DNA of 64,000 bases, from the sequence record SRR31156797_2307; one strand, 5' to 3'. Shown in pieces: positions 10,437 through 20,470 of the stretch. The notes beneath the pieces were generated by a model that ran no database searches, was not told the DNA's origin, and saw only the letters and a list, made by a program, of their open reading frames with translations. The position numbers and the translations under genes were made by a program. Position 1 is the first letter of the stretch; each line of letters opens with the position of its first letter.

Positions 10437-11615
10437 ATGGCAGATTATCCACAGACAAAACGATTGATAGACAGTGATTCATTTGAGCGTGTAAGAAACA
10501 CGGTTAAAAACATTGCTTTATCACGTAAAATGCGTAAAGAAAATCCTTCGTATGCCCTCGATGTACCCGAAGAAGTAGGAATACAAGTAACTTATCGATG
10601 CAATCTGCGATGTAAGCATTGTTTCCAGTTGGGTGAAAGCGGTTTTTTTCATCACTATTCCGATAAGGTGAAAAATTCAGATTTGGATATCAAGGTAATC
10701 AAAAAAATCCTTGATTCTACTCAGCTCAATAATTCTAAGTTATATATATGGGGAGGTGAACCTTTTGTACATCGCGACTGGGATAATATAGCGCAAATGC
10801 TTAAAGATTATAACCGATGGATTGTTTTATGCACAAATGGATTGTTATTAAAAGACAAAATCGACACAATACTTGATGTGTCAGAAAATCTCGTTTTGTT
10901 GGTAAGTCTTGAGGGATTTGAAAAAGAACAGGATGCTTTACGGGGAAGAGGAACATACCAGCGTTTGATGCATAATCTGGAATATATTTTCGAGTTAAAA
11001 AGGAAAGGTTTATACAAAGGTCTTGTATCACTACATTTGGTTATTTCCGATGAAATGGCTCCTCGTCTTAACGAGTTTATGGAATATTGGGATCAAAAAG
11101 ATATCGATACTATTTATTTTTGTTTTCCCTGGTACATATCCGATTCAACTGCCGAAATGATGGACAACTATTATGAAACTAATTTTAATTGGTTGAACAA
11201 ATTGCCTGAAAATAAAAGTGCCAGTTGGTACGGTTATTCCTATAATCTAAAAAGTGAATCGCTTGAAGTTATGAAAGAGCAGTTTGCTTTATTGTCTTCA
11301 AAGGTTTGGAATGCCCGTATACGGTTCAATCCTCCTATTGGGCCCAACGAGTTTAAAGATTTCATCGAAGGAAGTCATATTCCCGGGTGTAACATTTCTA
11401 ATTGTTATGCTATTTCAAACCGAATGGATGTTCTTGCCGATGGTTCGGTAACATCATGCCAGTTATTTCCAGAATTCAGTATAGACAATTTATACGATAA
11501 TGAAGTGTTAGAGGTATGGAAGGGAGAAAAGTTCAATAATGCCCGGGAAATAATAAACAAGGGCTTAATGCCAATTTGTTCTAAATGTGCCTTATTGTAT
11601 CTAAATAGCAGATAA
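10437..11615 (+). CDS. Radical SAM enzyme with SPASM/twitch domain
   Basis: CNLRCKHC, GGEP, TNG; C-terminal C...C...CSKC auxiliary-cluster cysteines. Confidence 0.9.
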   Translation: MADYPQTKRLIDSDSFERVRNTVKNIALSRKMRKENPSYALDVPEEVGIQVTYRCNLRCKHCFQLGESGFFHHYSDKVKNSDLDIKVIKKILDSTQLNNSKLYIWGGEPFVHRDWDNIAQMLKDYNRWIVLCTNGLLLKDKIDTILDVSENLVLLVSLEGFEKEQDALRGRGTYQRLMHNLEYIFELKRKGLYKGLVSLHLVISDEMAPRLNEFMEYWDQKDIDTIYFCFPWYISDSTAEMMDNYYETNFNWLNKLPENKSASWYGYSYNLKSESLEVMKEQFALLSSKVWNARIRFNPPIGPNEFKDFIEGSHIPGCNISNCYAISNRMDVLADGSVTSCQLFPEFSIDNLYDNEVLEVWKGEKFNNAREIINKGLMPICSKCALLYLNSR

Positions 11616-11620
11616 TCAGA

Positions 11621-12703
11621 TTGGAAATGTTACCAAAGTGGATAGTTTTTCAGTTAACTAAAAGATGCAACCTTAGGTGTGAGATGTGCTATGAGTGGGG
11701 TAAAAATGGTACTTATTCTAAATCCGAAAACTTGGTAGATCTTGATTACAATGTTATTGAACAATCAATACTTGATACCGCATCTGCAAAGCCCAAATAC
11801 GAATTTTTTGGTGGTGAACCATTGTTATATCCCAAAATTTTTGATGTTATAGAACTCATCAAACAGAGGGAATGTATGGTTGATTTTCCTACAAACGGTT
11901 TTTTATTAAAGAAGCTAAAACACGAGATTGTAGATTCGGGGCCCGACTGCATTTGGGTGTCTATTGATGGCCCACGTGAAATTAATGACAAGCAAAGAGG
12001 CAATGGGGTATACAATAAAGCTATTGAGGGTATTAATGCCATTCAGGAGTTAAAAAGAGAAAAAAACAAGTTATTTCCCAAAATTGGTGTTACAACTGTA
12101 GTAACCAATAATAATTGGCAATTCATATCCGAATTTTTTAAAAACGATTTCGATTTAAAAACGGTCGATTTTGTAAATATTGAACTTCAGAGGTATTTAA
12201 CCCAGCATGAAATAGAATTATTTTCAAAAAGGTTAAACAACGAATTTAATATTCATTCAACATGTTCGGCAAATGGATATGTTGTTCCATCCGATTATTT
12301 TAAAGGAATAAATTTTGCGGAATTGTCTCGGCAACTCAAAGATTTAAAAGAAATTTGTCGTCAACAAAATGTAATGTTGAATTTTACGCCTAACATTGTT
12401 GAAGCAAATGACTTGCAAAATTACTTCTCAGGTAACTGGACGAAAATACCTGTTTGGGATGAAAAATGTTTCCTGCCATGGATTTATCTCGAGATTGCAG
12501 CAAACGGCAATGTTACAACATGTCCCACATTTTATGATGTTTCACTAGGTAATGTTTACGAAAAAAAATTGCTTGAAATATTTAAAGGCGATATGATGAA
12601 AAAAATGCGCAAAAGCGTAAGAAAAGAACTCTTTTCGATCTGTTACGCCTGTTGCAGACACTATCAAGAATCCCAGAAAAAAACGGGGCTTACTTATAAT
12701 TAA
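11621..12703 (+). CDS. Radical SAM enzyme with SPASM/twitch domain (start may be ATG 11627)
   Basis: CNLRCEMC, FGGEP, SIDG; CFLPW...C...CYACC. Confidence 0.9.
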   Translation: MEMLPKWIVFQLTKRCNLRCEMCYEWGKNGTYSKSENLVDLDYNVIEQSILDTASAKPKYEFFGGEPLLYPKIFDVIELIKQRECMVDFPTNGFLLKKLKHEIVDSGPDCIWVSIDGPREINDKQRGNGVYNKAIEGINAIQELKREKNKLFPKIGVTTVVTNNNWQFISEFFKNDFDLKTVDFVNIELQRYLTQHEIELFSKRLNNEFNIHSTCSANGYVVPSDYFKGINFAELSRQLKDLKEICRQQNVMLNFTPNIVEANDLQNYFSGNWTKIPVWDEKCFLPWIYLEIAANGNVTTCPTFYDVSLGNVYEKKLLEIFKGDMMKKMRKSVRKELFSICYACCRHYQESQKKTGLTYN

Positions 12704-12711
12704 TCTTAATT

Positions 12712-13683
12712 ATGAACATAGGTATACTAGGTGCTTCAAGAATAGCTCCTGATTCTATAATTTCACCTGCAAAAAAATTACTGGGTATTAATATTGTCGA
12801 TATTGCAGCAAGTAATAGCCAAAGAGCAGAAAAGTTTGCCCTCGATTATGGAATCCCCAGTTTTAAAACTAGTTACGATGAATTGATTGGTAGTCAGAAT
12901 ATTGACGTTGTATATATATCATTGAAAAATGACATGCACTTTGAATATGCTTTAAAGGCAATTGATAACAAAAAGCATGTTCTTATAGAAAAACCCATTT
13001 GTCTATCATACGAAGAGTTCAAAGTCATTGCTAAACTGGCAGAAAAACAAAAAGTTGTAGCTGTTGAAGCTATGATGGTAGAACATCACCCGTGGCAAAA
13101 TGCTATTTTAAACATTATCGATGAAAGGGAATATGGCTCAATTTTGAAAATTGATACGGTGAATGAATTTGTATTGGAGGGCCAAAACGATTACCGGTTT
13201 ACATCAGAACGTGGGGCAGGGGCCATTTACGATCTTGGGTGTTACTGTTTACAGTTTATCCAGAAAATGGTAGGACTTGAACATTCCGATATCAACTGTA
13301 ATTACAAAAGTAATAATGGTGGACGAGTAGATACTGAGTTTAATGCCGAAATGATAATTAATAATGTACAGGTAAATATTTCATGTTCTTTTAATAAACC
13401 ATTTAAAGCTTACCATCGTGTTGAGTGCGAAAAGGGTATTGTAGAAGTGAAGAACTTTTTTAGGGCTGGATTTGGGTATAATAAAATGAACATTCACTGC
13501 ACTGATAAAGTTTCGGAGAAAACCGATAAAGTCTCGTTCGATCCCATGAACTTTTACCACAATCAATTAAAAGATTTACAAGAAAATATTTATAACCGGA
13601 AACCGAATAAGTCGCTAGAAGAATCAGGCGAACGAGTACGAATTATGGAAATTTTGCATGATATAAAGCAATTGGTAAACTAA
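12712..13683 (+). CDS. Gfo/Idh/MocA family NAD(P)-dependent oxidoreductase
   Basis: IGILGASRIA Rossmann motif, KHVLIEKP and GGAxxDxGxY-like GAGAIYDLGCY. Confidence 0.9.
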   Translation: MNIGILGASRIAPDSIISPAKKLLGINIVDIAASNSQRAEKFALDYGIPSFKTSYDELIGSQNIDVVYISLKNDMHFEYALKAIDNKKHVLIEKPICLSYEEFKVIAKLAEKQKVVAVEAMMVEHHPWQNAILNIIDEREYGSILKIDTVNEFVLEGQNDYRFTSERGAGAIYDLGCYCLQFIQKMVGLEHSDINCNYKSNNGGRVDTEFNAEMIINNVQVNISCSFNKPFKAYHRVECEKGIVEVKNFFRAGFGYNKMNIHCTDKVSEKTDKVSFDPMNFYHNQLKDLQENIYNRKPNKSLEESGERVRIMEILHDIKQLVN

Positions 13684-13870
13684 CTGTTTTTTGTAAATAT
13701 AGACAAAAACTCAAAAGTTGTCGTCAACAGATACTTTCTTTATGGCTTATTTATCAGATAAATACAAATCCTGAACCTTTAAATAGGCGAAGCTAATCAA
13801 GCAATCAATGACAAGTTTACCTAATTCAGGAGATGCCTGTTTGCACAGTCATAATGTATAAACGAAAGAT

Positions 13871-13956
13871 ATCCCGGATGCAGCGTAGCGGAATTCAGGG
13901 ATTTTTTGTTATTAACTTATTATTCCCAAAATTTTGGGCTGATTCTTCGGATGACA
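13871..13956. repeat. REP-like palindromic element in the long intergenic gap
   Basis: ATCCCGGAT...ATTCAGGGAT imperfect hairpin (13871-13902), perfect palindrome CCCAAAATTTTGGG (13925-13938) and a GATTCTTCGGATGACA end that recalls Bacteroidota REP-type repeats. Confidence 0.4.
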
Positions 13957-14101
13957 AAACAGCTACTTTTTAGACCCCAGCAATAGAAATTGGGATAAAC
14001 GATAAGTAACTGAATTTGCTATTGTTGCAAAAGAGTTACATGTAAAACATACACAACTAAACATCATCTATTCAACAATTCTAATATAGATCAAACACAA
14101 T

Positions 14102-15145
14102 ATGAACAGTCCTAAGTGGATACAATTGCAACTTACCGAAAAATGCAATCTTAATTGTACAATGTGTTACGAGCGTAATTCCGATGCCTATCGAAATGAA
14201 GCTGTCGAGCTCGATATTAACGCGTTGTATCGTGTTGTTGAAGAATGTGCACAATACCTACCGCATTATGAGTTGTTTGGTGGCGAGCCACTAATGTATT
14301 CGAATTTAGAAAGTCTGTTGAATTATATACATAAAACCGGAAGTAAGGTAACCATTCCCACCAATGGGATGCTTCTGGCAAAAAAGTCAGGTATACTTGT
14401 TGGAAAATCTGTTGAAAAGGTGTGGGTGTCGCTCGACGGACCTCCTATGATAAACGACAAGCAACGGGGCTCAAATGCTTATAAAACAGCTATTAAAGGA
14501 ATTATAGCGTTGTATGATGAAAGAGCAAAACAAACATCAGGTTTGTCACCTAGAATAGGAGTGCATTGCGTGGTTACAGCACATAATTACAGGTACTTGG
14601 AGCAGTTGCTGAACGATCCTGTTTTATTTGAACATGTCGACGATTTTAGTTTTGAATTGCAAAAATATCTCCTGCCTCACCAATACGAACGTTATACCAA
14701 AATAATCGGGAAAAAGGATGCCCGGTTTGCTCAGGGATATGTGCAAGAAGTAAGCGATTTTTCAGCAATTGATTTTAAAATATTGGATAGCTTGTTAAAT
14801 AAGATACAACAGATGTGTAACGAAAAGGGAAAAGGTTTTTTTACCAATCCCGATAAGCTATGTTTAAGCGATATTGAGCATTATTTCACAGGCAATTGGG
14901 AAAAAATGTCGGTAGCGCATAAATCTTGTATTTTTCCTTTTATATATGCAGAAATTACAGCACGTGGAAATGTTGTGCTCTGCCATAGTTTTTACGATGA
15001 CTTTCTAGGGAATATTAATCAGGAAAGCTTTTTGCAGATTTGGAACAATACAAAAGCTAAAGAATTTCGAAAATCGATTCGAAAAGAATTGCTGCCAGTA
15101 TGCTATGCATGTTGTAGTTATTTTAATAGTGAAAATAGGGTCTAA
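14102..15145 (+). CDS. Radical SAM enzyme with SPASM/twitch domain, paralogue of 11621..12703
   Basis: CNLNCTMC; shares PKWI.LQLT, WVS.DGP..INDKQRG, ELQ.YL, YF.GNW and RKEL...CYACC with 11621..12703. Confidence 0.9.
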   Translation: MNSPKWIQLQLTEKCNLNCTMCYERNSDAYRNEAVELDINALYRVVEECAQYLPHYELFGGEPLMYSNLESLLNYIHKTGSKVTIPTNGMLLAKKSGILVGKSVEKVWVSLDGPPMINDKQRGSNAYKTAIKGIIALYDERAKQTSGLSPRIGVHCVVTAHNYRYLEQLLNDPVLFEHVDDFSFELQKYLLPHQYERYTKIIGKKDARFAQGYVQEVSDFSAIDFKILDSLLNKIQQMCNEKGKGFFTNPDKLCLSDIEHYFTGNWEKMSVAHKSCIFPFIYAEITARGNVVLCHSFYDDFLGNINQESFLQIWNNTKAKEFRKSIRKELLPVCYACCSYFNSENRV

Positions 15146-15163
15146 CAAATAATAGAATACAAA

Positions 15164-18100
15164 ATGTCATCAAAAGACATTGCAATTATAGGTATGGCAG
15201 CTCGTTTGCCTGAATGCGACAATATTCATCATTACTGGGATAATATTGTTTTAGGTAAAGAAATGATTTCAACCTTTAAAAGGGAAGACTTTAAGGAGGA
15301 ATATCAGAAAACTTTATTTGACAACGAGAGGTATATAAAACGGTCTTCTGTAATTCGGGATATTGATTGTTTTGACGCACGTTTTTTTGATTTCAGCCCA
15401 AGAGAAGCAGAACTTACCGATCCTCAATTTAGGCTATGTCTAGAAACAGCTTGGGAAGCGATCGAAGATAGTGGTTTCAATCCTAATAAAAACAGTGAAT
15501 GTGTTGGGGTTTACCTCGCTTCCAATATGTCAGATTATCAATTAAAACACTTGTATGACCAAATACACGGTGAAATGGTCTCTGAAAATGAGTTTCCTTT
15601 GGTTTACCAATCATGTATGGATTATTTGGCAACCAATGTGGCATACAAACTCAATTTAAAAGGGCCTTGTATGAATGTGCAAAACTGGTGTACATCGGGT
15701 TTAAGTTCAATACATCTAGCTTGCAGGTCTTTACTGTTCGATGATTGCGATGTGGCATTAGCTGGTGGCGTGCACATAAAATTACCACAAGAAGGCTACT
15801 TTAGCCAAGGTTCAGTTTCTGATTCTTCTGAAGGTGTATGCATGTCGTTTAATAAAGAGGCTAATGGAACTGTTCCGGCAAATGGGGTAGGTATTTTTAT
15901 TCTGAAAAAATTGGACGATGCCCTTCGCGACAACGATAACATTTATGCGATTATAAAAGGTTCTGCAATAAATAACGACGGAGTCGGTAAAAATAAGTTG
16001 AGCTATCACTCACCATCTATAAAAGGTCAGGATGAGGTAATAAAAAAAGCCTTAAAAAATGCAGGTGTAGATCCCGACACTATTTCGTTTATCGAAGCGC
16101 ATGGTGGTGCCACCGAATTTGGCGATAGGGCTGAATTAACGGCATTGGCTAAAAACTATGGGCTCAGCGGGCGTCAAACATTTCTTGGTTGCGTTAAGCC
16201 CAATATCGGGCACATGGGTAATATTTCGGGTATTCCCGGATTTATTAAAACTATAATGGCTCTTAAAACCAAACAATGGCCTCCTACTATTAATTTTTCC
16301 GAAATGTCTTCGAAAAATAAAAAAATAGGTCGGAATTTTACAGTTAATATAAAGCCTGTCGATTGGAAGTCTTCAATAGATTATAAACTGCGTGCCTGTG
16401 TACATAATTACGCTGTTGGAGGTTCGAATGCTCATATAATACTCGAAGAACCACCGGTTCAGAATGCTATTGAAAGTTGTGATTATAACAGTGTTGTTTT
16501 GGCTTTTTCGGCAAAAAACAACAAGTCCCTAAAAAAGCAAATAGAAAACATTGAATTGTTCCATGTTCATAATAGTTCAGTATTAAATTTGATTGACATT
16601 GCTTACAATCTTAATACAGGAAGAAAGGAATTTGAATATAGGCATTTTATGGTTTTGGATACAAACAAAAAAGCAACTTCAATTTCGGCTTCTAAAATTT
16701 ATGATGCAATAGGAACAATTTCTGGTGACTTTCAAGGGGAACAAACACTATTTTTAGGAAATAACAAGCATAATTGCAGGACTTTTAGTAAGATTTTAGC
16801 GAAAAGGTATAAAAGTTATAAAACAGATTTAATGACCTGTATTCTTGATATTGAAAAGCTACAGAATAGTAAAATATATTTTGATAGTATTAGTAATACT
16901 GCAGTCGGTACTTTTTATACTAGTATCGAAGAAAAGCTAATCGATATGGCGTGCCAGGTATCATTGTATCGATATTTGAATAGGTTAGGCATTGGTAAAA
17001 CTAATATTTTGGCAGATAATAGTGGCGAATTTATAGCACTTCATCTTTCAGGCTTTTCTTCCTTTAAAAAAATGGCAGAGCTATATATTAAAGCCTCTGA
17101 AGCCAACAGTTCTTTCGAAGATGAAGAAATTACAAGTTATTTCGATCTTCCCGATGCCAAATATGCATCTTATAAAAACTTCGATGGAAAAGTATCATAC
17201 AAAACAGAAGAAATAAGTAAACTGGCCTATTGGTCGAAACTTATAGATAAAGGAAATGATACTATTCAAAATAATTCAGAAGTTGATTGCGAAATATTAG
17301 ATCTTTCGGCATTAAAAATAAGCACCCTATCAGAAGCTATATCAAGTAAAACGAACGATTTTACTTCTTATGATTTTGATATTCTGGTAGGCCAATTATG
17401 GTTGAAAATTCCCAATTTAAATTGGAATGCATATTTCGATGAACGAAAGATGAAAAGAATGTCGTTGCCCACCTATCCTTTTCAAAAGGAGAAATTCTGG
17501 GTGTCTTCGCCTTTACTTGACGAAAAGCAACCGGTAGTATCAACTGAATTTCAAACAGAGGTATCGCAAGATAACATTCGGGAAAATCTGGTAACATTGT
17601 GGAAGAAAATTATAGGTTTAAAAGAAGTTAGCCCAGATGACGATTTCTATACTATAGGTGGAAATTCGTTTATTGCTGTAACATTGTTAAACAAATTGGC
17701 CAATATCTATAAAGGTCTCGATGTTTCTATAAAAGATTTGAACGACCATTCCAATATACAATTACTTACAACGTTTATTTATAAAGAATTGTCAAACAAC
17801 TCAGACGACAATCATTTTGATATTCAAAAAACACCGGTAGAAAAACTCGTTGAAAACGGATTGTTAGAGAAATATATCGAGCGATTGCTAAATAAACTGT
17901 TTCAGGGTAAATACAATTCCGACGAATTTAGTCTTATTGATATTGTTAAAGATGTATGCTTTTACTTTAAAAAGGATCTCGGATTAGTGGTTTTCACGCA
18001 TGAAATTGAGAACTTTTCAAGTACAGAAGTTTTGGTGAAATTTGTACGAGATGCTTTGTTAAATACACTTAATCCAAAGGGTGTAGGTTCGGGGTTATCT

Positions 18101-19003
18101 ACCAATAACTTTAAATGGTTGCCTAAAAACCTCGATTTCACAAAAAACAAGATATCACAAAAGAACAAAAGGGCTGTATTTATTTTATCTACACCACGGT
18201 CAGGATCAACTCTTTTAAGGGTGATGCTAAACAGCCATTCCACATTTTTTGCTCCACCCGAGTTAGGATTGTTGGTTTATAATAATCTGGAAGAATGGAA
18301 TCAATTCTATAATGTTTCCGAGGTGTCGAGAGATGGATTGACGTATGCTTTTTCTGCCATGCGTGATATTTCGTTTACCGAGGCCCGACAACAAGTAATG
18401 TCACTAGTTTCTGAAAAAAGGAGTGTTCAGGATATTTATTCATTATTACAGGAAGAAATAGGGGATAAGCTATTGGTTGACAAAACCCCTTACTATGGTT
18501 ATAGCAAAGAAATATTAGAAAGGGCCGAACAAATGTTCGATAATCCTTATTATATCTTTTTACACAAACATCCCTATAGTATGATCGAATCGTTTGTTCG
18601 TAATCGGTTCGATAAGCTTGTAGATAAGGGTGCTACCGATCCTTATATGATGGCTGAAAATGAATGGACAGAGATTAACCACAATATTATTGCTTTCTCA
18701 GAAAAGATTGATAGAAAACGATTTTTTCAATTATCGTTTGAAGAATTAGTTTCGGATCCTAAACGAGTAATGTCCGATCTGTTTCAGAAATTAAACATAG
18801 ATTTTCAAGACAGTGTTGTCGATCCATATAAAAACAGCTCAATGTTGGTTGGTCCTGGCGATTTTAACCTGCTTTCGCACGAAGGAATAGATAGCTCACT
18901 AGGCAATAAATGGAAAAATATTCAATTACCAATCGAGTTGAAGGATAGTACAAAAGATATTGCTTTAAAACTCGAATATTCTTTAGTGACGCATCACTTA
19001 TAG
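15164..19003 (+). CDS. Type I PKS: KS - inactive AT - ACP - vestigial ACP - sulfotransferase
   Basis: KS Cys-His-His (QNWCTSG, EAHGGAT, NIGH); AT remnant with ADNSGE where GHSxGE is expected; LPTYPFQ linker; ACP GGNSF; sulfotransferase FILSTPRSGSTLLR, PPE, DKTPY. No thioesterase. Confidence 0.9.
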   Translation: MSSKDIAIIGMAARLPECDNIHHYWDNIVLGKEMISTFKREDFKEEYQKTLFDNERYIKRSSVIRDIDCFDARFFDFSPREAELTDPQFRLCLETAWEAIEDSGFNPNKNSECVGVYLASNMSDYQLKHLYDQIHGEMVSENEFPLVYQSCMDYLATNVAYKLNLKGPCMNVQNWCTSGLSSIHLACRSLLFDDCDVALAGGVHIKLPQEGYFSQGSVSDSSEGVCMSFNKEANGTVPANGVGIFILKKLDDALRDNDNIYAIIKGSAINNDGVGKNKLSYHSPSIKGQDEVIKKALKNAGVDPDTISFIEAHGGATEFGDRAELTALAKNYGLSGRQTFLGCVKPNIGHMGNISGIPGFIKTIMALKTKQWPPTINFSEMSSKNKKIGRNFTVNIKPVDWKSSIDYKLRACVHNYAVGGSNAHIILEEPPVQNAIESCDYNSVVLAFSAKNNKSLKKQIENIELFHVHNSSVLNLIDIAYNLNTGRKEFEYRHFMVLDTNKKATSISASKIYDAIGTISGDFQGEQTLFLGNNKHNCRTFSKILAKRYKSYKTDLMTCILDIEKLQNSKIYFDSISNTAVGTFYTSIEEKLIDMACQVSLYRYLNRLGIGKTNILADNSGEFIALHLSGFSSFKKMAELYIKASEANSSFEDEEITSYFDLPDAKYASYKNFDGKVSYKTEEISKLAYWSKLIDKGNDTIQNNSEVDCEILDLSALKISTLSEAISSKTNDFTSYDFDILVGQLWLKIPNLNWNAYFDERKMKRMSLPTYPFQKEKFWVSSPLLDEKQPVVSTEFQTEVSQDNIRENLVTLWKKIIGLKEVSPDDDFYTIGGNSFIAVTLLNKLANIYKGLDVSIKDLNDHSNIQLLTTFIYKELSNNSDDNHFDIQKTPVEKLVENGLLEKYIERLLNKLFQGKYNSDEFSLIDIVKDVCFYFKKDLGLVVFTHEIENFSSTEVLVKFVRDALLNTLNPKGVGSGLSTNNFKWLPKNLDFTKNKISQKNKRAVFILSTPRSGSTLLRVMLNSHSTFFAPPELGLLVYNNLEEWNQFYNVSEVSRDGLTYAFSAMRDISFTEARQQVMSLVSEKRSVQDIYSLLQEEIGDKLLVDKTPYYGYSKEILERAEQMFDNPYYIFLHKHPYSMIESFVRNRFDKLVDKGATDPYMMAENEWTEINHNIIAFSEKIDRKRFFQLSFEELVSDPKRVMSDLFQKLNIDFQDSVVDPYKNSSMLVGPGDFNLLSHEGIDSSLGNKWKNIQLPIELKDSTKDIALKLEYSLVTHHL

Positions 19004-19101
19004 TATGGAGAAATTTAATCTCTCTTTTAAGCATTCTCCCATATTTGTTTATGTGTCATTTTGTTAGTCGCATTGCATTATTTAAATAATTTTTTATTCT
19101 T

Positions 19102-20442
19102 TTGAAAAATAAGCTAGTAATACTATTAGTCGAAGGTGCCAGTAAAAAACTAATTAATAAGTGGCAAGATAAACTTCCGTATTTAAGTAATTTATTAAGC
19201 AAAAATGGAGGAACCTTAACCACTAACGTAGTTCCGTATGAAGCACCAAACCTAATCTCGGCATTTACAGGGCTTCCGCCCGAAGAGCACGGTGTATATT
19301 CCTATTGGCACGTACATAACAACGACTATATTCCTAAAACATGGGATGCCCCGGATATTAAAGTACCAATGCTGTGGCAGTTACCGGAAATGGAGCAATA
19401 TAAGTTTTCGTTATTAAACTTATTCTGCACTTTTCCGGCATATCCCATAAATGGTAAAATGATATCATATTTGCAACAGCCTTCGTTAAGAGGGTGTTAC
19501 CCAGAGGGATACATAAAGGAACTTTTGCGAAACGGACATAAGTATACTTCCGATGTATTTGTTGGACTTGGCTATGGACAAGACAAACCAATTTCTGGAA
19601 AAAATATTTCACCTAGAGAAGAGTATTACAGGTTGTTTGAAGAAACAGAAAGGGCAAGGGTAAATATAGCCTCTGAAATGATGGAAGAATCAGATGTGCT
19701 TATAGCAAATTTTACTATAATTGACAGGCTTTCTCATTTTTTTTGGCACGAAATAGAATACGATTCACCTATAACCGAAGAGGATTCATTACTATTTAAA
19801 GCATATCGGTTTATCGATGAGGTTGTCGGACAATTTGCCGATAAAATTGGAACAGCATCCAACCTGTTGGTTTTTTCAGAGATTGGTTATGGCCCCTTAA
19901 TCAATTTTGTTTCTATCAACAATTATCTCGAAACTGGCAAGTTTTTGTCTCGGGAGAATTCTTCTACTAGTTGGCAAAAAACATTGACATTTGAGAGTGT
20001 TCAGGGAGCCCATGGAGTTAATATCAATAAAAAAGACAGATACCTAAATGGCCTGGTAAACGACGACGATTACCAAAAGGTGCGGATTGATACAATGGAT
20101 TATTTAAAGAGCCTGATCAATCCCAAAACAAGTCTTCCAATGTTCCGTTTTGTTAAAGAACGCGAAGAGGTATATAATGGAACATACATGCAACAAGCTC
20201 CCGATATAATTGTTGAAATGGCCGATAGAAGATTTGTACCCTTAGGTGATGAATATTGGTCGAGTAAGGTACATCGGATTAATCAAAGCGGATGGCACCG
20301 AAAAGAAGGATTTTGGACCGGATATGGTGATAAATTCAATGGAAAACTTATGGATGCATCTATACTTGATATAGCTCCTACGGTTTTCAAAATTTTAGAC
20401 AAGGAAATAAATACAGAGTTTGTGGGAAAACCTATCATTTAA
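19102..20442 (+). CDS. Alkaline phosphatase superfamily protein (type I phosphodiesterase/nucleotide pyrophosphatase-like) with atypical ligands
   Basis: LLVEGA, TG..PEEHGVY, DRLSHFFW, VFSEIGYG, APDII, SGWHRKEG and DIAPT align with the AlkP/NPP-like family. Confidence 0.75.
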   Translation: MKNKLVILLVEGASKKLINKWQDKLPYLSNLLSKNGGTLTTNVVPYEAPNLISAFTGLPPEEHGVYSYWHVHNNDYIPKTWDAPDIKVPMLWQLPEMEQYKFSLLNLFCTFPAYPINGKMISYLQQPSLRGCYPEGYIKELLRNGHKYTSDVFVGLGYGQDKPISGKNISPREEYYRLFEETERARVNIASEMMEESDVLIANFTIIDRLSHFFWHEIEYDSPITEEDSLLFKAYRFIDEVVGQFADKIGTASNLLVFSEIGYGPLINFVSINNYLETGKFLSRENSSTSWQKTLTFESVQGAHGVNINKKDRYLNGLVNDDDYQKVRIDTMDYLKSLINPKTSLPMFRFVKEREEVYNGTYMQQAPDIIVEMADRRFVPLGDEYWSSKVHRINQSGWHRKEGFWTGYGDKFNGKLMDASILDIAPTVFKILDKEINTEFVGKPII

Positions 20443-20470
20443 TCAGGTTAGGTTATATAAAAATGAAAAA

